From Eledone cirrhosa (taxonomy: Eukaryota), in contig OZ024742.1 of the NCBI GenBank assembly GCA_964016885.1, positions 343,108,001 through 343,172,000 on the forward strand: DNA of 64,000 nt, given 5' to 3'. This document shows positions 43,524 through 55,423 of this stretch, in pieces. Numbering within the stretch: the first letter of the stretch is position 1; every line of letters begins with the position of its first letter. Position numbers and translations under genes: made by a program. The notes below the pieces were generated by a model that did not search any database, was not told where the DNA came from, and saw only the letters and a program-made list of their open reading frames with translations.

Positions 43524-44164
43524 CATGCTTAAAACGTGAAATGACATTCGTATGAAAAATAGAAACGATCTATCTCACTTCCCGCCATATCAAATTTTTT
43601 TGTTTATTACTATGTGGGATTTTTGTCTGATAGGGGTTGTATCTTGTAGGGGTTGGGATTGTATCCTGTAGGGGTTGGGGTTGTATCCTCTAGGGGGTTT
43701 GTGGTGAATCGATAGCGTAATATCTCTCAAATCACAACGCATTATTTTTCAAAAAAATGGAAGAATATATTTGATAATGTAGTACTGGAAATAAAGTAAG
43801 GGTGGTCACGGCTAGAACGCTTTTGATAATGGGTCTACTCTATTGAGATATAATCGGGGGCTAGACAGGGTTTAATATGACTTCAATATCTTTCTACACA
43901 CCAGCCGCTATTTTTTAAAACTTAAAAAGTTAAAATAGAGTGGCCTCCCTTGAATAAATTTTCCACAAGCTAAACACGACATTCCTTGAATTTTCCTACG
44001 GACTCCGTTACAATAACTCCTCTCAGATTGTTATAATAATAATAACAACCAAAAGAGAGGAATCTTTATACGTAGAATAGAATGGATACCGAATAGCGTG
44101 TCTAGATTGTGTTTTTAACAAAGTACTTGAAATGTTGAACACATCTCATGACACCGCTCCCGGT

Positions 44165-44520
44165 TATACCATCACGAACCTCAGATATCGATGTTGAACC
44201 ATACAACTGGCACTCCGTCGCTTACGACGACGATTGTTCCAGTTGATACGATCAAAGGAACAATCTGCTCGTGAAATAACGTGCAAGTGGCTGAGCATTC
44301 CACAGACACGCGTATCCTTAACGTATTTCTCGGGGAGATTCAGCGTGACACAATGTGACAAGGCTGGCCCTTCGAATTACAGGTACAACTCATGCCAACT
44401 GAGTGGACTGGAGCAACGTGAAGTAAAGTGTCTTGTTCAAGGAGACAACGCGCTGCTGGGAATCGAACTCATGACATTACGAATGTGAGCAGAATACCCT
44501 AGCCACAGAGTCAAACGCCT
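44165..44520 (-). mobile_element. tRNA-derived CORE-type SINE (octopus OR-like)
   Basis: Minus strand shows an A-box-like TGGCTAGGGT, B box GAGTTCGATTCCC, then the CORE-like GTTGTCTCCTTGAACAAGACACTTTAC. Confidence 0.7.
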
Positions 44521-45599
44521 TTACCTAGACGTTGAGCTATAACATGGAGCTAAATAACATGGAGCTATATAACATGGAGCTATATAACCTTGTGCTATAA
44601 GCTCAGCTGCAAATGTTTAATTATGTTTATAATAATTATGTGATGTGATAGTCACGTAACTCTCAATGGAGTCGTAGGTACAGCGTAGTGACATACAGCG
44701 TGGCTTGGCCACTTTTTAAAAAACCTGTCGGAGCTCATCCCTTCCCCAGGTCTGAACACAGTCAATTTTTTCCAGAGAGAGGATGTAGGAGAGAGAGAGG
44801 GAAGAGAGAGAATGTGTGTGTGTGCGAGAGAGAGAGAGAGAGAGAGGGGGGTGAGTATATATATATATATATATATGAATGAAAAATAGAGCGAGAAACG
44901 GGACTGTCCATCATCAGTGATCTTCTGACTATCATCGATATTTCTTCGCATTAAAGACCAGATACCTCAAAATCAGTGCAATAACTAAAATAGGTTATTG
45001 GGACAGAGCGAATTGGGTGGAGAAAGAGGACAGTAAACAAACAAAGTAGTAATGCAACGTAAAGAGAGGAAATGAGAGACAAGTCAATGATACATGTGAA
45101 CTTAAGTTCGACCAAATCAACGACGAGAAGACGGCAGACACGTCCGAATCCTGCGAAATGTGAGCAAGAAAAGGATTTCACACAGGTCAGACGGGAGGAA
45201 GTGAGAGAGGAGGAGCAGCAGAGAGAGAGTGAGTGAGTGAAAGTGTGAGGAAGAGGCCAGCCGAGAGAGTGTGACCAGCAGAGGGGATGAATGAAAGCAA
45301 GAGGTACAAGAGGAGAGAAAAAGAGGATAGCAGTAAGGTGATAGAAAAAGACGAACCACAGCGAGGGGAAAAAATTATACTAGCAGAATGGCCCGGCGTT
45401 GCTCGGGATTCTAAACATAGATTGTCATGTTTATCCCTCCTTTCTGAAACAGTACAGAGAAGTACGGAATACCTCGGCCTCGGGATGGTGTCTACATTTT
45501 GTGCTTATAAAAAAAATTCGTCGTAGATTACCAGGGATTTAACTTAATTGGGTGGCAATGAACGGAAAATAGCGAAGATAATAAGTCAGCAATAAGAAC

Positions 45600-45720
45600 A
45601 ATATTTGCTCTAGGGTTCTTATATATTTGATATATATTTATCCTTATCGAGCCTCGTGAAATAAATACGTTTGTTTATATTTTGCTATTGTCTATGCAAA
45701 AATATCTGTACACGAATATA

Positions 45721-45792
<72 letters not shown>

Positions 45793-45877
45793 TAACAGAT
45801 TAAAGTTTAAGCAAAGAATCGCTGTTTTCACCTTTAACAGGATCTTCTGAAACTAAAAAAATCAATCTGTGAACGCA
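45600..45877 (-). mobile_element. Penelope-like repeat fragments (ORF tail, (TA)n, ribozyme module) nested in the Helitron
   Basis: 45600-45655 is the reverse complement of ~59710-59760. 45786-45877 is homologous to the palindrome arm at 59765-59851. Confidence 0.7.
45795..45870 (-). ncRNA. Hammerhead-like ribozyme motif, second copy
   Basis: Minus strand reads ACAGATTGA-TTTTTTT-AGTTT-CAGAAGA-T-CCT-GTTAA-AGG-T-GAAA-ACA..TGCT-T-AAACT-TTAATCTGT. Stem II is CCT/AGG here versus CCC/GGG in the other copy. Stem III has one mismatch. Confidence 0.5.
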
Positions 45878-46245
45878 GAAGTAAATATTTCGAAAAACGT
45901 TACACACTATATACATATATACAGATAGTGTCATAATGTCGTAATGCAGACAGCCAGACATACAGACAGATATAAGGGCGCGGCGTTATATCTATGTATC
46001 TATCTAAAAAGACAGACTAAGAAAGATAGAGAGGGATCGTTACCGGCGCCTAATGCGGTCCATAGGGTATTGACAATTTGAAATAGTTTTTGCTCAAAAC
46101 ACTCACACGACCATAAGTATTACATGTGTAAAGTTTGAAAAAATCGGTTGGGTGGTTCTCCTCGAATTTAGGGAGTCAGACAGACAGACATTCTCAGTTT
46201 TAGATATATAGATATATAATAAAAGTGGATTGAAATCACGCGCGC

Positions 46246-46248
<3 letters not shown>

Positions 46249-46307
<59 letters not shown>

Positions 46308-46352
46308 GACATTAAACGATGATAATGGTGTTGATATATACATAATATATAT

Positions 46353-46423
<71 letters not shown>
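46249..46423. repeat. (TA)n and (GA)n microsatellites
   Basis: Direct reading. Confidence 0.97.
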
Positions 46424-46427
<4 letters not shown>

Positions 46428-46560
46428 GATCCCAGTAATGGTACTTATTTTTATCGACCTGGAAAGTGGATGAAAAGCAAAAGTGATCTCGCTGAGATTT
46501 GAACTCTGCAACGAATTCTGCAAAATATGTTATCCGACAACCCTGTCAATTAGCCGCCAA
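46428..46560 (-). mobile_element. Diverged SINE fragment
   Basis: ggtacttatttttatcgacc..ggatgaaaagcaaaagt..gatttgaactc, homologous to 60315-60501. Confidence 0.7.
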
Positions 46561-46599
46561 TGATTCCTGTATGTTAAATGCAATCGATTTGGCAAAGTC

Positions 46600-47458
46600 A
46601 TTGGAGGACAAGACTGATTCCATCAGGGAAATGGCCATGTTCGATATGTAGAAAAGGAGTTGGCATAAACTCTATTAAATGTTCACAATGCAGATCTTGG
46701 GTACACAAGAGGTGTAGTGGGATAGGGGGAAAACTAATAGGAAAGGAAAACTTTGTATGTAGTAGATGTTCATGGAAAATTGATAGTGTGTCAGTGATAG
46801 GCACATTTTTCAAACGCAGGTAAGATCTATAGAGGTGGTTGATAGCTTCCGATATCTAGGTGATCAGATTAGCAAGGGAGGAGGATGCTCCGAGGCCATA
46901 GTATCTAGAATAAGGATAGGATGGAAGAAGCTTAGGGAGCTGCTTCCGCCGTTGACAACGAAGCGTTTTCTCCTTGCGAACAAAAGGTCGGTTGAATGAT
47001 GCCTGTGTAAGATGTGCAATCCTACATGGTAGTGAGACATGAGCAGCAACTGCGGAGGATATGCGAAGGCTGGAGAAAAATGAAGCAAGCCTGCTCCGAT
47101 AGATGTGTAATGTCAATGTGTGTGAACGATCAAGCATGGACGAGTTGAGAGTTAAACTGTGTATAAGAGGAATAAACTGTAGTGTGCAGGAGAGAAGACT
47201 GTGTTGGTATGGCCATGTGATACGCATGGAAGATGACCGCTGGGTGAAGAAGTGCCACGTAATCCAAGTGGAAGGAAGATGCAGCAGAGGAAGACCACGA
47301 AAAACATGGGCGGAGGCGTTGAGAGCTGACCTCAGATCGCTGAAGCTCACTGAAGAGATGACGAAGGACTGTGACAAATGGAGAGATGTTGTGCTGAAGA
47401 GGACCCGTCCCACCCTTGCAAGCAGGGAAAAGCAGGCGTAAAATGATGATGATGATAA
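46600..47458 (+). mobile_element. RTE-clade LINE, 5'-truncated and degenerate, with a Cys-rich finger insert and (ATG)n tail
   Basis: GKWPCSICRKGVGINSIKCSQCRSWVHKRCSG..FVCSRC, then FRYLGD..SRIRIGWKK..LHGSET..RRLCWYGHVIRMED..RGRPRKTW. Contains frameshifts and stops, and ends cgtaaaATGATGATGATGAT. Confidence 0.9.
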
Positions 47459-47695
47459 TAATTGGATCGTTGGATATTTGTTCCGGTTCTTTATGTTGTA
47501 AGTTCAAATTTCGCCGATGTCCACTTTGCTTCTCATCAATAAGGCAAGTACCACTCCAATGCTGGTGCAGCCCTTTCTCTTTCCAGCTGTCACATTATGG
47601 ATCATCCGTTGTTTCAAGAAAAGGAGGAAGGGAGTGTCGGAAGGTTTTCTGTGTCACAACTGCATGAACACCGAAAACAACAACTCTCGGGTCTC

Positions 47696-47895
47696 NNNNN
47701 NNNNNNNNNNNNNNNNNNNNNNNNNNNNNNNNNNNNNNNNNNNNNNNNNNNNNNNNNNNNNNNNNNNNNNNNNNNNNNNNNNNNNNNNNNNNNNNNNNNN
47801 NNNNNNNNNNNNNNNNNNNNNNNNNNNNNNNNNNNNNNNNNNNNNNNNNNNNNNNNNNNNNNNNNNNNNNNNNNNNNNNNNNNNNNNNNNNNNNN
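47696..47895. other. Assembly gap of 200 N
   Basis: Run of N. The round size suggests a scaffolding spacer of unknown true length. Confidence 1.
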
Positions 47896-47915
47896 GAGGA
47901 GGAAAAGTAATTAAA

Positions 47916-48449
47916 TCGACCCCAGTACTTGATTAGTATTTTAGTTTATTGACCTTAAAAGTCGAAGTTGACCTCAGTCAGATTTGAACACAGAATCTAA
48001 AGAGTTGTAGCTGAATGCCATAACATATTTTGTCCGACGTCTTAACGGTTCTGTTAATCCTCTGCCCTCATATGAAATAATTCTACATTACTGGTATTTT
48101 ATTTTATCGACCCCGTAAGGATGAAAGGCAAAGTTAACCTCGGCGGGATTTGAACTCAGAATGGCAAGGGCCCGTAACTCTATGCGTCAAAGCATGGCGC
48201 CCGAAATGACTACAATTGGAGCAGTATGTTATGATAAAGAAGAACATAAACAAAATATATTAAAACACAGCAAGGCTTGTAATTCTACCCAATAAAAACA
48301 ATACATGTGTTAAGAACCACTTGTATTGTACTCCTGAGTCTCGAATAATAGAGGGTGTGGTATAAGTGTGGAGGGAGGGAATCGGTAATTTTTCTAAATT
48401 TGTCTCCCTTGATTTTTATAAAACCAAAATTAGTCATTTAGTTTACATA
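47916..48449 (-). repeat. Right arm of the inverted duplication (partner 41153-42031), with an extra SINE fragment at ~48087-48205
   Basis: Reverse-complement similarity as described for the left arm. The insert carries ttatcgaccccgtaaggatgaaaggcaaagttaacctcggcgggatttgaactcag. Confidence 0.9.
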
Positions 48450-48943
48450 TTGAGACCCCAACCCATCTTATTTATTTTATAGCATATACGATTTCTAGTA
48501 ATGTACTTTTTTTGTCAGGTATAATATTTTTTAATGTCTAATAGACAATTAATAGTCACTGGAGTGTTACCACTTAAAATGAAATTTTGCTGGAGATAGA
48601 TTAGCAAAATTTAATAAGTTGGGGTGGAATAAGAGGAGGGTGAATTGGAAAACATCTGAAAAATTAATAATCATGGGTGGGGGCTTTATTCGAGACCCGA
48701 GAGTAGATATTATAAAGTTAATCGGATTTCTTGATTCCTCTGTGATTTTATCTCCCATCCATTTATTAAATTTTGTTAATCTATCTCCGACGAAATTTTA
48801 TTTTAAGTGGCAGCATTCCTACGATAATTAATTTTCTTTGTGTATGACAAAAACAAACAAACAAACAAACAAAAACGTTACTAGAAATCCCGAACGTTAT
48901 AAAATAAATAAGATATAACATTACTCATGCAGCACACACTGTA

Positions 48944-50489
48944 CAATAAACAGATGTCCTGGTACTCCATTGGTCCCTAGACTTGTGTGATTCCAATAAA
49001 CAGATGTCCTGGTACTCCATTGGTCCCTAGACTTCTGTGATTCCAATAAACAGATGTCCTGGTATTCCATTGGTCCCTAGACTTGTGTGATTCCAATAAA
49101 CAGATGTTCTGGTACTCCATTGGTTCCTAGACTTGTGTGATTCCAATAAACAGATGTCCTGGTACTCCATTGGTCCCTAGACTTGTGTGATTCCAATAAA
49201 CAGATGTCCTGGTACTCCATTGGTCCCTAGACTTGTGTGATTCCAATAAACAGATGTTCTGGTACTCCATTGGTTCCTAGACTTGTGTGCTTCCAATAAA
49301 CAGATGTCGTGGTACTCCATTGGTTCCTAGACTTGTGTGATTCCAATAAACAGATGTCGTGGTACTCCATTGGTTCCTAGACTTGTGTGATTCCAATAAA
49401 CAGATGTCGTGGTACTCAATTGGTTCCTAGACTTGTGTGATTCCAATAAACAGATGTCCTGGTACTCCATTGGTTCCTAGACTTGTGTGATTCCAATAAA
49501 CAGATGTCATGGTACTTCATTGGTTCCTAGATTTATGTGATTCCAATAAACAGATGCCCTGGTACTCCATTGGTTCCTAGACTTGTGTGATTCCAATAAA
49601 CAGATGTTCTGGTACTCCATTGGTCCCTAAACTTGTGTGATTCCAATAAACAGATGTCCTGGTACTCCATTGGTTCCTAGACTTGTGTGATTCCAATAAA
49701 CAGATGTTATGGTACTCCATTGGTCCTTAGACTTGTGTGATTCCAATAAACAGATGTCATGGTACTCCATTGGTTCCTAGATTTATGTGATTCCAATAAA
49801 CAGATGTCCTGGTACTCCATTGGTTCCTAGACTTGTGTGATTCCAATAAACAGATGTTCTGGTACTCCATTGGTCCCTAGACTTGTGTGATTCCAATAAA
49901 CAGATGTCCTGGTACTCCATTGGTTCCTAGACTTGTGTGATTCCAATAAACAGATGTTCTGGTATTCCATTGGTTCCTAGACTTGTGTGATTCCAATAAA
50001 CAGATGTCGTGGTACTCCATTGGTTCCTAGACTTATGTGATTCCAATAAACAGATGTCCTGGTACTCCATTGGTTCCTAGACTTGTGTGATTCCAATAAA
50101 CAGATGTCCTGGTACTCCATTGGTTCCTAGACTTGTTTGATTCCAATAAACAGATGTCCTGGTACTCCATTGGTTCCTAGACTTGTGTGATTCCAATAAA
50201 CAGATGTCCTGGTACTCCATTGGTTCCTAGACTTATGTGATTCCAATAAACAGATGTCCTGGTACTCCATTGGTTCCTAGACTTGTGTGATTCCAATAAA
50301 CAGATGTCCTAGTACTCCATTGGTTCCTAGACTTATGTGATTCCAATAAACAGATGTCCTGGTACTCCATTGGTTCCTAGACTTGTGTGATTCCAATAAA
50401 CAGATGTTATGGTACTCCATTGGTCCTTAGACTTGTGTGATTCCAATAAACAGATGTCCTGATACTCCATTGGTTCCTAGACTTGTGTG
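48944..50489. repeat. 50-bp minisatellite CAATAAACAGATGTCCTGGTACTCCATTGGT(T/C)CCTAGACTTGTGTGATTC, about 31 copies
   Basis: Exact 50-bp period with no indels seen. Confidence 0.98.
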
Positions 50490-50502
50490 TTCAACAGAAC
50501 AG

Positions 50503-50705
50503 TCTTCTTCTTCTTCTTCTTCTTCTTCTTCTTCTTCTTCTTCTTCTTCTTCTTCTTCTTCTTCTTCTTCTTCTTCGCCTACTTATTCCTGAGAGGGTCG
50601 TGAGGGCAGTCCTCAAACACTTCTTCCAGCGGGTCCTGTCAGAAGCAAGCGTCTCCAACTGATCCGGCTGGATCCCCAATCGAGACCAGCCAAGCTCATG
50701 GATGT
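50503..50705 (-). mobile_element. 3' end of an RTE-like LINE with a (GAA)n tail
   Basis: Minus-strand LGIQPDQLETLASDRTRWKKCL resembles RTE C-termini and is followed by (GAA)n, seen as (CTT)n at 50504-50576. Confidence 0.7.
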
Positions 50706-50813
50706 TATCTTGTACATACAAACTCTGCTCTACTCTTCCTAGATACAATGCTACACAAGTACACGGATCTGCTCCCAAACGCCACAGTAGAAACTAACAG
50801 AAAACTACTGAAA

Positions 50814-50930
50814 AATAATTGTTTCTACTTTTGGCACAAGGCCAGCAATTACCCAGTGCATTACTGGTACTTTATTTTATCGACGCCGTAAGGATGAAAG
50901 GCAAAGTTAACTTCGGCGGGATTTGAACTA
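50814..50930 (-). mobile_element. SINE 3' half
   Basis: ttggcacaaggccagcaatt..gtactttattttatcgac..ggatgaaaggcaaagttaac..gatttgaact. Confidence 0.85.
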
Positions 50931-51004
50931 CTGAAATATAATAACGCTAAAACAATAACGCCCACATCCTATGCAAGGCACTTTCTATTCAATAGCACAA
51001 CTCA

Positions 51005-51327
51005 GTCGTCATCATCATCATTATCATCATCATCATTATCGTGATCAACGTCATTGTCATCGTCGTCGTCGCCGCCGTTATCATCATCCTCATCACTATC
51101 ATCACCATTATCATCATCATCATCATCATCAACCACATCATCATCATCAACGACATCATCATCATCGTCGTCGTCGTTATCATCATCATCACTGTCATCA
51201 TTATCAACGTCATTGTCATCGTCATCGTCCTCATCAACATCATCACCATTATAATCATTATAATCATTTGGCCACCCCAGTAACATCATCACCATTATAA
51301 TCATTATAATCATTTGGCCACCCCAGT
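51005..51327. repeat. Degenerate (CAT/CGT)n trinucleotide tract ending in a ~46-bp direct duplication
   Basis: Direct reading. Confidence 0.92.
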
Positions 51328-51624
51328 CAAGACATTGCTCACATCACAACCGCCCCTCCCCCCTCAGACATCCTGATTTGTCTCAACGTCTCCCTCGACC
51401 ATCGACGGAAGCCTTGTTGATTTTATACATCGGCAGGGCCAATCACATGGATGGACCCTTATAATCATTGCTCGAGGTTAAGAAGCGCTGTATCGGCGGT
51501 ATTGGAATTGTAAGAGCGTCGGGTGAGATGTCAGGTGGCATTTGTTTCGACTCCCTGTGGCACACCACCCCAGAAATGGATTAAGCTTGCATGAGTCCTT
51601 AAATGAATATTTATTTGGGTCCTT

Positions 51625-52150
51625 GCTGTAGATCAGTTATTGCAGCAAAAATATTAATTTGTGAACCCTTTAAATATGGTACCCGCCTGCCCCAGCTGTA
51701 GATCAGTTATCCCTCATCCCTTTAATCCACAAAAATATTAATTTGTGAACCCTTTAAATATGGTACCTGCCTGCCCCAGCTGTAGATCAGTTATCCCTCA
51801 TCCCTTTAATCCACAAACATATTAATTTGTGAACCCTTTAAATATGGTACCTGCCTGCCCCAGCTGTAGATCAGTTATCCCTCATCCCTTTAATCCACAA
51901 AAATATTAATTTGTGAACCCTTTAAATATGGTACCCGCCTGCCCCAGCTGTAGATCAGTTATCCCTCATCCCTTTAATCCACAAAAATATTAATTTGTGA
52001 ACCCTTTAAATATGGTACCTGCCTGCCCCAGCTGTAGATCAGTTATCCCTCATCCCTTTAATCCACAAACATATTAATTTGTGAACCCTTTAAATATGGT
52101 ACCCGCCTGCCCCAGCTGTAGATCAGTTATCCCTCATCCCTTTAATCCAC
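51625..52150. repeat. 84-bp minisatellite, about 6 copies
   Basis: GCTGTAGATCAGTTAT recurs at 51695, 51779, 51863, 51947, 52031 and 52115, with a shorter first unit at 51625. Confidence 0.97.
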
Positions 52151-52245
52151 TATTACATTCAAACAATCTCAAGGGAGCTGACTAAACAGTTACATATAGT
52201 CTACTCAAGATTCGTGTGGAAAATAAGCAATGCAAGGGATCAAAG

Positions 52246-53715
52246 TAAGTAATGAAAGGGGATAGAATGAGTAATACCATGGGGACAGGATAAGTAATGA
52301 AAGGAGACAGGATACTCTCAGGTTCCAAATAATGGGAGGGGGTATAACGGGGGTGGAATATGAGTAAGGGGGTTGGAAAAGTCTTAAAAATTAATAAGCA
52401 GGAGAAGGGGGAGTCGATTATTCGAGACCCGAAAGTAAGTAATGAAAGGGGCATGATATAGTAATGGAAGGGGACAGGATATAGTAATGTAAGGGGACAG
52501 GATATAGTAATGTAAGGGACAGGATATAGTAATGAAAGGTGACAGGATATAGTAATGAAAGGAACAGGATATAGCAATGAAAGGGGACAGGATATAGTAA
52601 TGAAAGGGGACAGGGTATAGTAATGGGGACAGGGTATAGTAATGAAAGGGACAGAATATAGTAATGAAAGGGGACAGGATATAGTAATGAAAGGGGACAG
52701 GGTATAGTAATGGGGACAGGATATATTAATGAAAGGGGACAGGATATAGTAATGAAAGAGGACAGGGTATAGTAATGAAAGGGGACAGGAGAAGTAATGG
52801 AAGGGGACAGGGTATAGTAATGAAAGGGACAGGATATAGTAATGAAAGGGGACAGGAGAAGTAATGAAAGGGGACAGGGTATAGTAATGAGGACAGGATA
52901 TATTAATGAAAGGGGACAGGATATAGTAATGAAAGGGACAGGATATAGTAATGAAAGGGACAGGATATAGTAATGAAAGGGGACAGGGTATAGTAATGGG
53001 GACAGGATATATTAATGAAAGGGGACAGGATATAGTAATGAAAGGGACAGGATATAGTAATGAAAGGGACAGGATATAGTAATGAAAGAGGACAGGGTAT
53101 AGTAATGAAAGGGGACAGGAGAAGTAATGGAAGGGGACAGGGTATAGTAATGAAAGGGACAGGATATAGTAATGAAAGAGGACAGGGTATAGTAATGGGG
53201 ACAGGAGAAGTAATGGAAGGGGGCAGGGTATAGTAATGAAAGGGACAGGATATAGTAATGAAAGGGGACAGGAGAAGTAATGGAAGGGGACAGGATATAG
53301 TAATGGAAGGGGACAGGATATAGTAATGGGGACAGGATATAGTAATGAAAGGGACAGGATATAGAAATGAAAGGGAACAGGGTATAGTAATGGGGACAGG
53401 ATATATTAATGAAAGGGGACAGGATATAGTAATGAAAGGGACAGCATATAGTAATGAAAGGGGACAGGATATAGTAATGAAAGAGGACAGGGTATAGTAA
53501 TGAAAGGGGACAGGAGAAGTAATGGAAGGGGACAGGATATAATAATGGAAGGGGACATGATATAGTAAAGGGGACAGGATATAGTAATGAAAGGGATAGG
53601 ATATAGTAATGAAAGGGGACAGGATATAGTAAAGGGAACAGGATATAGTAATGGAAGGGGATAGGATATAGTAGTGGAAGGGGACAGGATATAGTAATGG
53701 AAGGGGACAGGGGAA
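52246..53715. repeat. Purine-rich ~23-bp minisatellite GGGGACAGGATATAGTAATGAAA with length variants
   Basis: Direct reading. Units of about 19-23 bp. Confidence 0.96.
52313..52437. mobile_element. MITE with TACTCTCGGGTCTCGAATAA-type TIRs and TA flanks (Tc1/mariner-like), inserted in the minisatellite
   Basis: tactctcaggttccaaataat ... attattcgagacccgaaagta. The same TIR motif occurs near 41250-41272, 42088-42108, 47683-47695, 48329-48350 and 48686-48706. Confidence 0.7.
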
Positions 53716-53973
53716 GTAACATCAATGGCTGATAGGGGACAGTATTTTTCATTTTAAAAATTAAGACGGAAGTATGTAGTTACTGTCCAAGCGAGACATG
53801 CCTGCCATGACATCTGCAACGAGGAAGACTCTATATGGTTCATTGACCTGTTAGTAATAGCAACCACACCTCTATTCTTCAAATTACACCACACTGTATT
53901 AAATGGTGCATATGTAGGACAATGAAGTCATTGATACACAAAAGGTTAGGTTGGACACACCTAGAAGGCTAAA

Positions 53974-53986
53974 ACACACACACACA

Positions 53987-54050
<64 letters not shown>

Positions 54051-54072
54051 CACACACGTATACATATATAAC

Positions 54073-54103
<31 letters not shown>
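53974..54103. repeat. (CA)n microsatellite
   Basis: Direct reading. Confidence 0.97.
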
Positions 54104-54112
<9 letters not shown>

Positions 54113-54390
54113 ATCTTATAATATATAACCAGCAATTTCTCTGTCTGTCCGACAGTGGAAACACGTGCGAGCATGGTTGCTATCTCTCTCTCTCTCCAGC
54201 TATCCCTCTCTTTTAGTCTGTCTGTTTCTCTCACTCTCACTCTTTCTCTTTGTAACACACTAACATTCCTCCCCTCTATCGCTGTGACGAATGGGGAGAT
54301 GGAGGAGGAGGAGGAGGAGAGAGTCACTTCGTCACTTCACCTCTGCCTTTCTTTCTCTCCGCTCTCACTCCCTCATTACGTACAGACATT

Positions 54391-54585
54391 AGGGTGGTGG
54401 ATTGGCAGAATCTATAGAGAGTCGGACACCATGCTTCATAGCATGGAGTTACGTCCCTTTACGGTCTGAGTTCAGATACCGCCGAGGTTAACTTTGCCTT
54501 TCATCTTCACGGGGTCGATAAAATAAAGTACCAGTAATGTACTGGGTAATTGCTGGCCTTGTGCCAAAAGTAGAAACAATTATTA
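54391..54585 (+). mobile_element. Near full-length tRNA-derived SINE
   Basis: Head GGTGGATTGGCAGAATC, B box GAGTTCAGATACC, body ccgaggttaactttgcctttcatc..ggggtcgataaaataaagtacc, tail ggccttgtgccaaaagtagaaacaattatt. Confidence 0.88.
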
Positions 54586-54801
54586 GAACATTGCTTCATT
54601 TTTACATATCTAAGCATTAGTAAAATAACTAATAATTTCAAAAGTAATTTTTCAATTCCAATTGTTATGAACAGCAAAACATTAATAATAATTTTGTTCT
54701 AAGAAATATATATACATTTCTGTGTGTGTAATATATATATATATACACACACAGAAATATATATATATACACACAGAAATATATATACATTTCTGTGTGT
54801 G

Positions 54802-54878
<77 letters not shown>

Positions 54879-55423
54879 GAAATATATGGGCATTTCTCTG
54901 TCTGTCTGTCTGTCTGTCCTTCCCTAAAACTCAAATGTAGGTGCTACAGAAATATTACCTTCCCCTTCCTTTCTCCACTTTGGTACTACCAAGAGAAACA
55001 CTGTCGCTATAGAAACATTACCTTCCCCTCTCCACTTACTTTGGTCACTGAGGCCGAGGGAATCGCTGGTTGCTATAGAGACACCTTGCACAAGCCAGAA
55101 GTAACCAGTTCGAGGCGGTTCTGACTTGACACCATGCCAAGGACCATTTGAAGATATATTTCCATCGTTATATCATAACGTTTATGTATCATAACGTTTA
55201 TATTCCCGTCACTAATCTCTTTTTCTCCTTTTTCGTTTTAACATATACTTATTTCAAAGATTTCACCGTATAGATAACATATATATTTATACATGCATAA
55301 AAGACACACCGAGAGGCGGTGAACATGTGGTGCCGAAAACATTTCTCATCCAAATCTCAACAATATCAGTATATACACTAGATTTTCTAGCAGAAAACCG
55401 CCCACCGGGTGGTTTTCTGCTAG

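Larger units (their letters stand above)
42193..43711. mobile_element. Putative non-autonomous DNA transposon with GACAAAATCC / GGGATTTTTGTC-type subterminal repeats
   Basis: Left end ggacaaaatcc..gacaaatatccc..gacaaaaccc. Right end gggatttttgtc..ggggttgtatc repeats. Flanks gcagcgta / atagcgta resemble a degraded TSD. Confidence 0.35.
45380..46212 (-). mobile_element. Non-autonomous Helitron
   Basis: Minus strand begins TCTATATATCTAAAACTGAGAATGTCTGTCTG and ends with the hairpin CCCGAGCAACGCCGGG plus CATTCTGCTAG. Inserted at A|T with no TSD. Confidence 0.8.

Noticed and set aside
42903-43532. ORFs (TTRHSKLQV)n and reverse frames
   Set aside because: Translation of the 27-bp minisatellite.
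42312-44012. Inverted match TGTAACGAAATCCGT / ACGGACTCCGTTACA as TIRs of one element
   Set aside because: No TSD seen, and the span crosses the boundaries of other elements. Left unresolved.
48944-50489. 50-mer as a dimer of the 24-bp satellite, a ribozyme array or a kelch-derived repeat (SRNQWS)
   Set aside because: Only short scattered word matches. No hammerhead core, and the unit length is not a multiple of three.
50971-51313. His-, Asp-, Ile- and Ser-rich ORFs
   Set aside because: Frames of a (CAT)n tract.
53012-53752. 246-aa ORF
   Set aside because: Translation of the 23-bp minisatellite.
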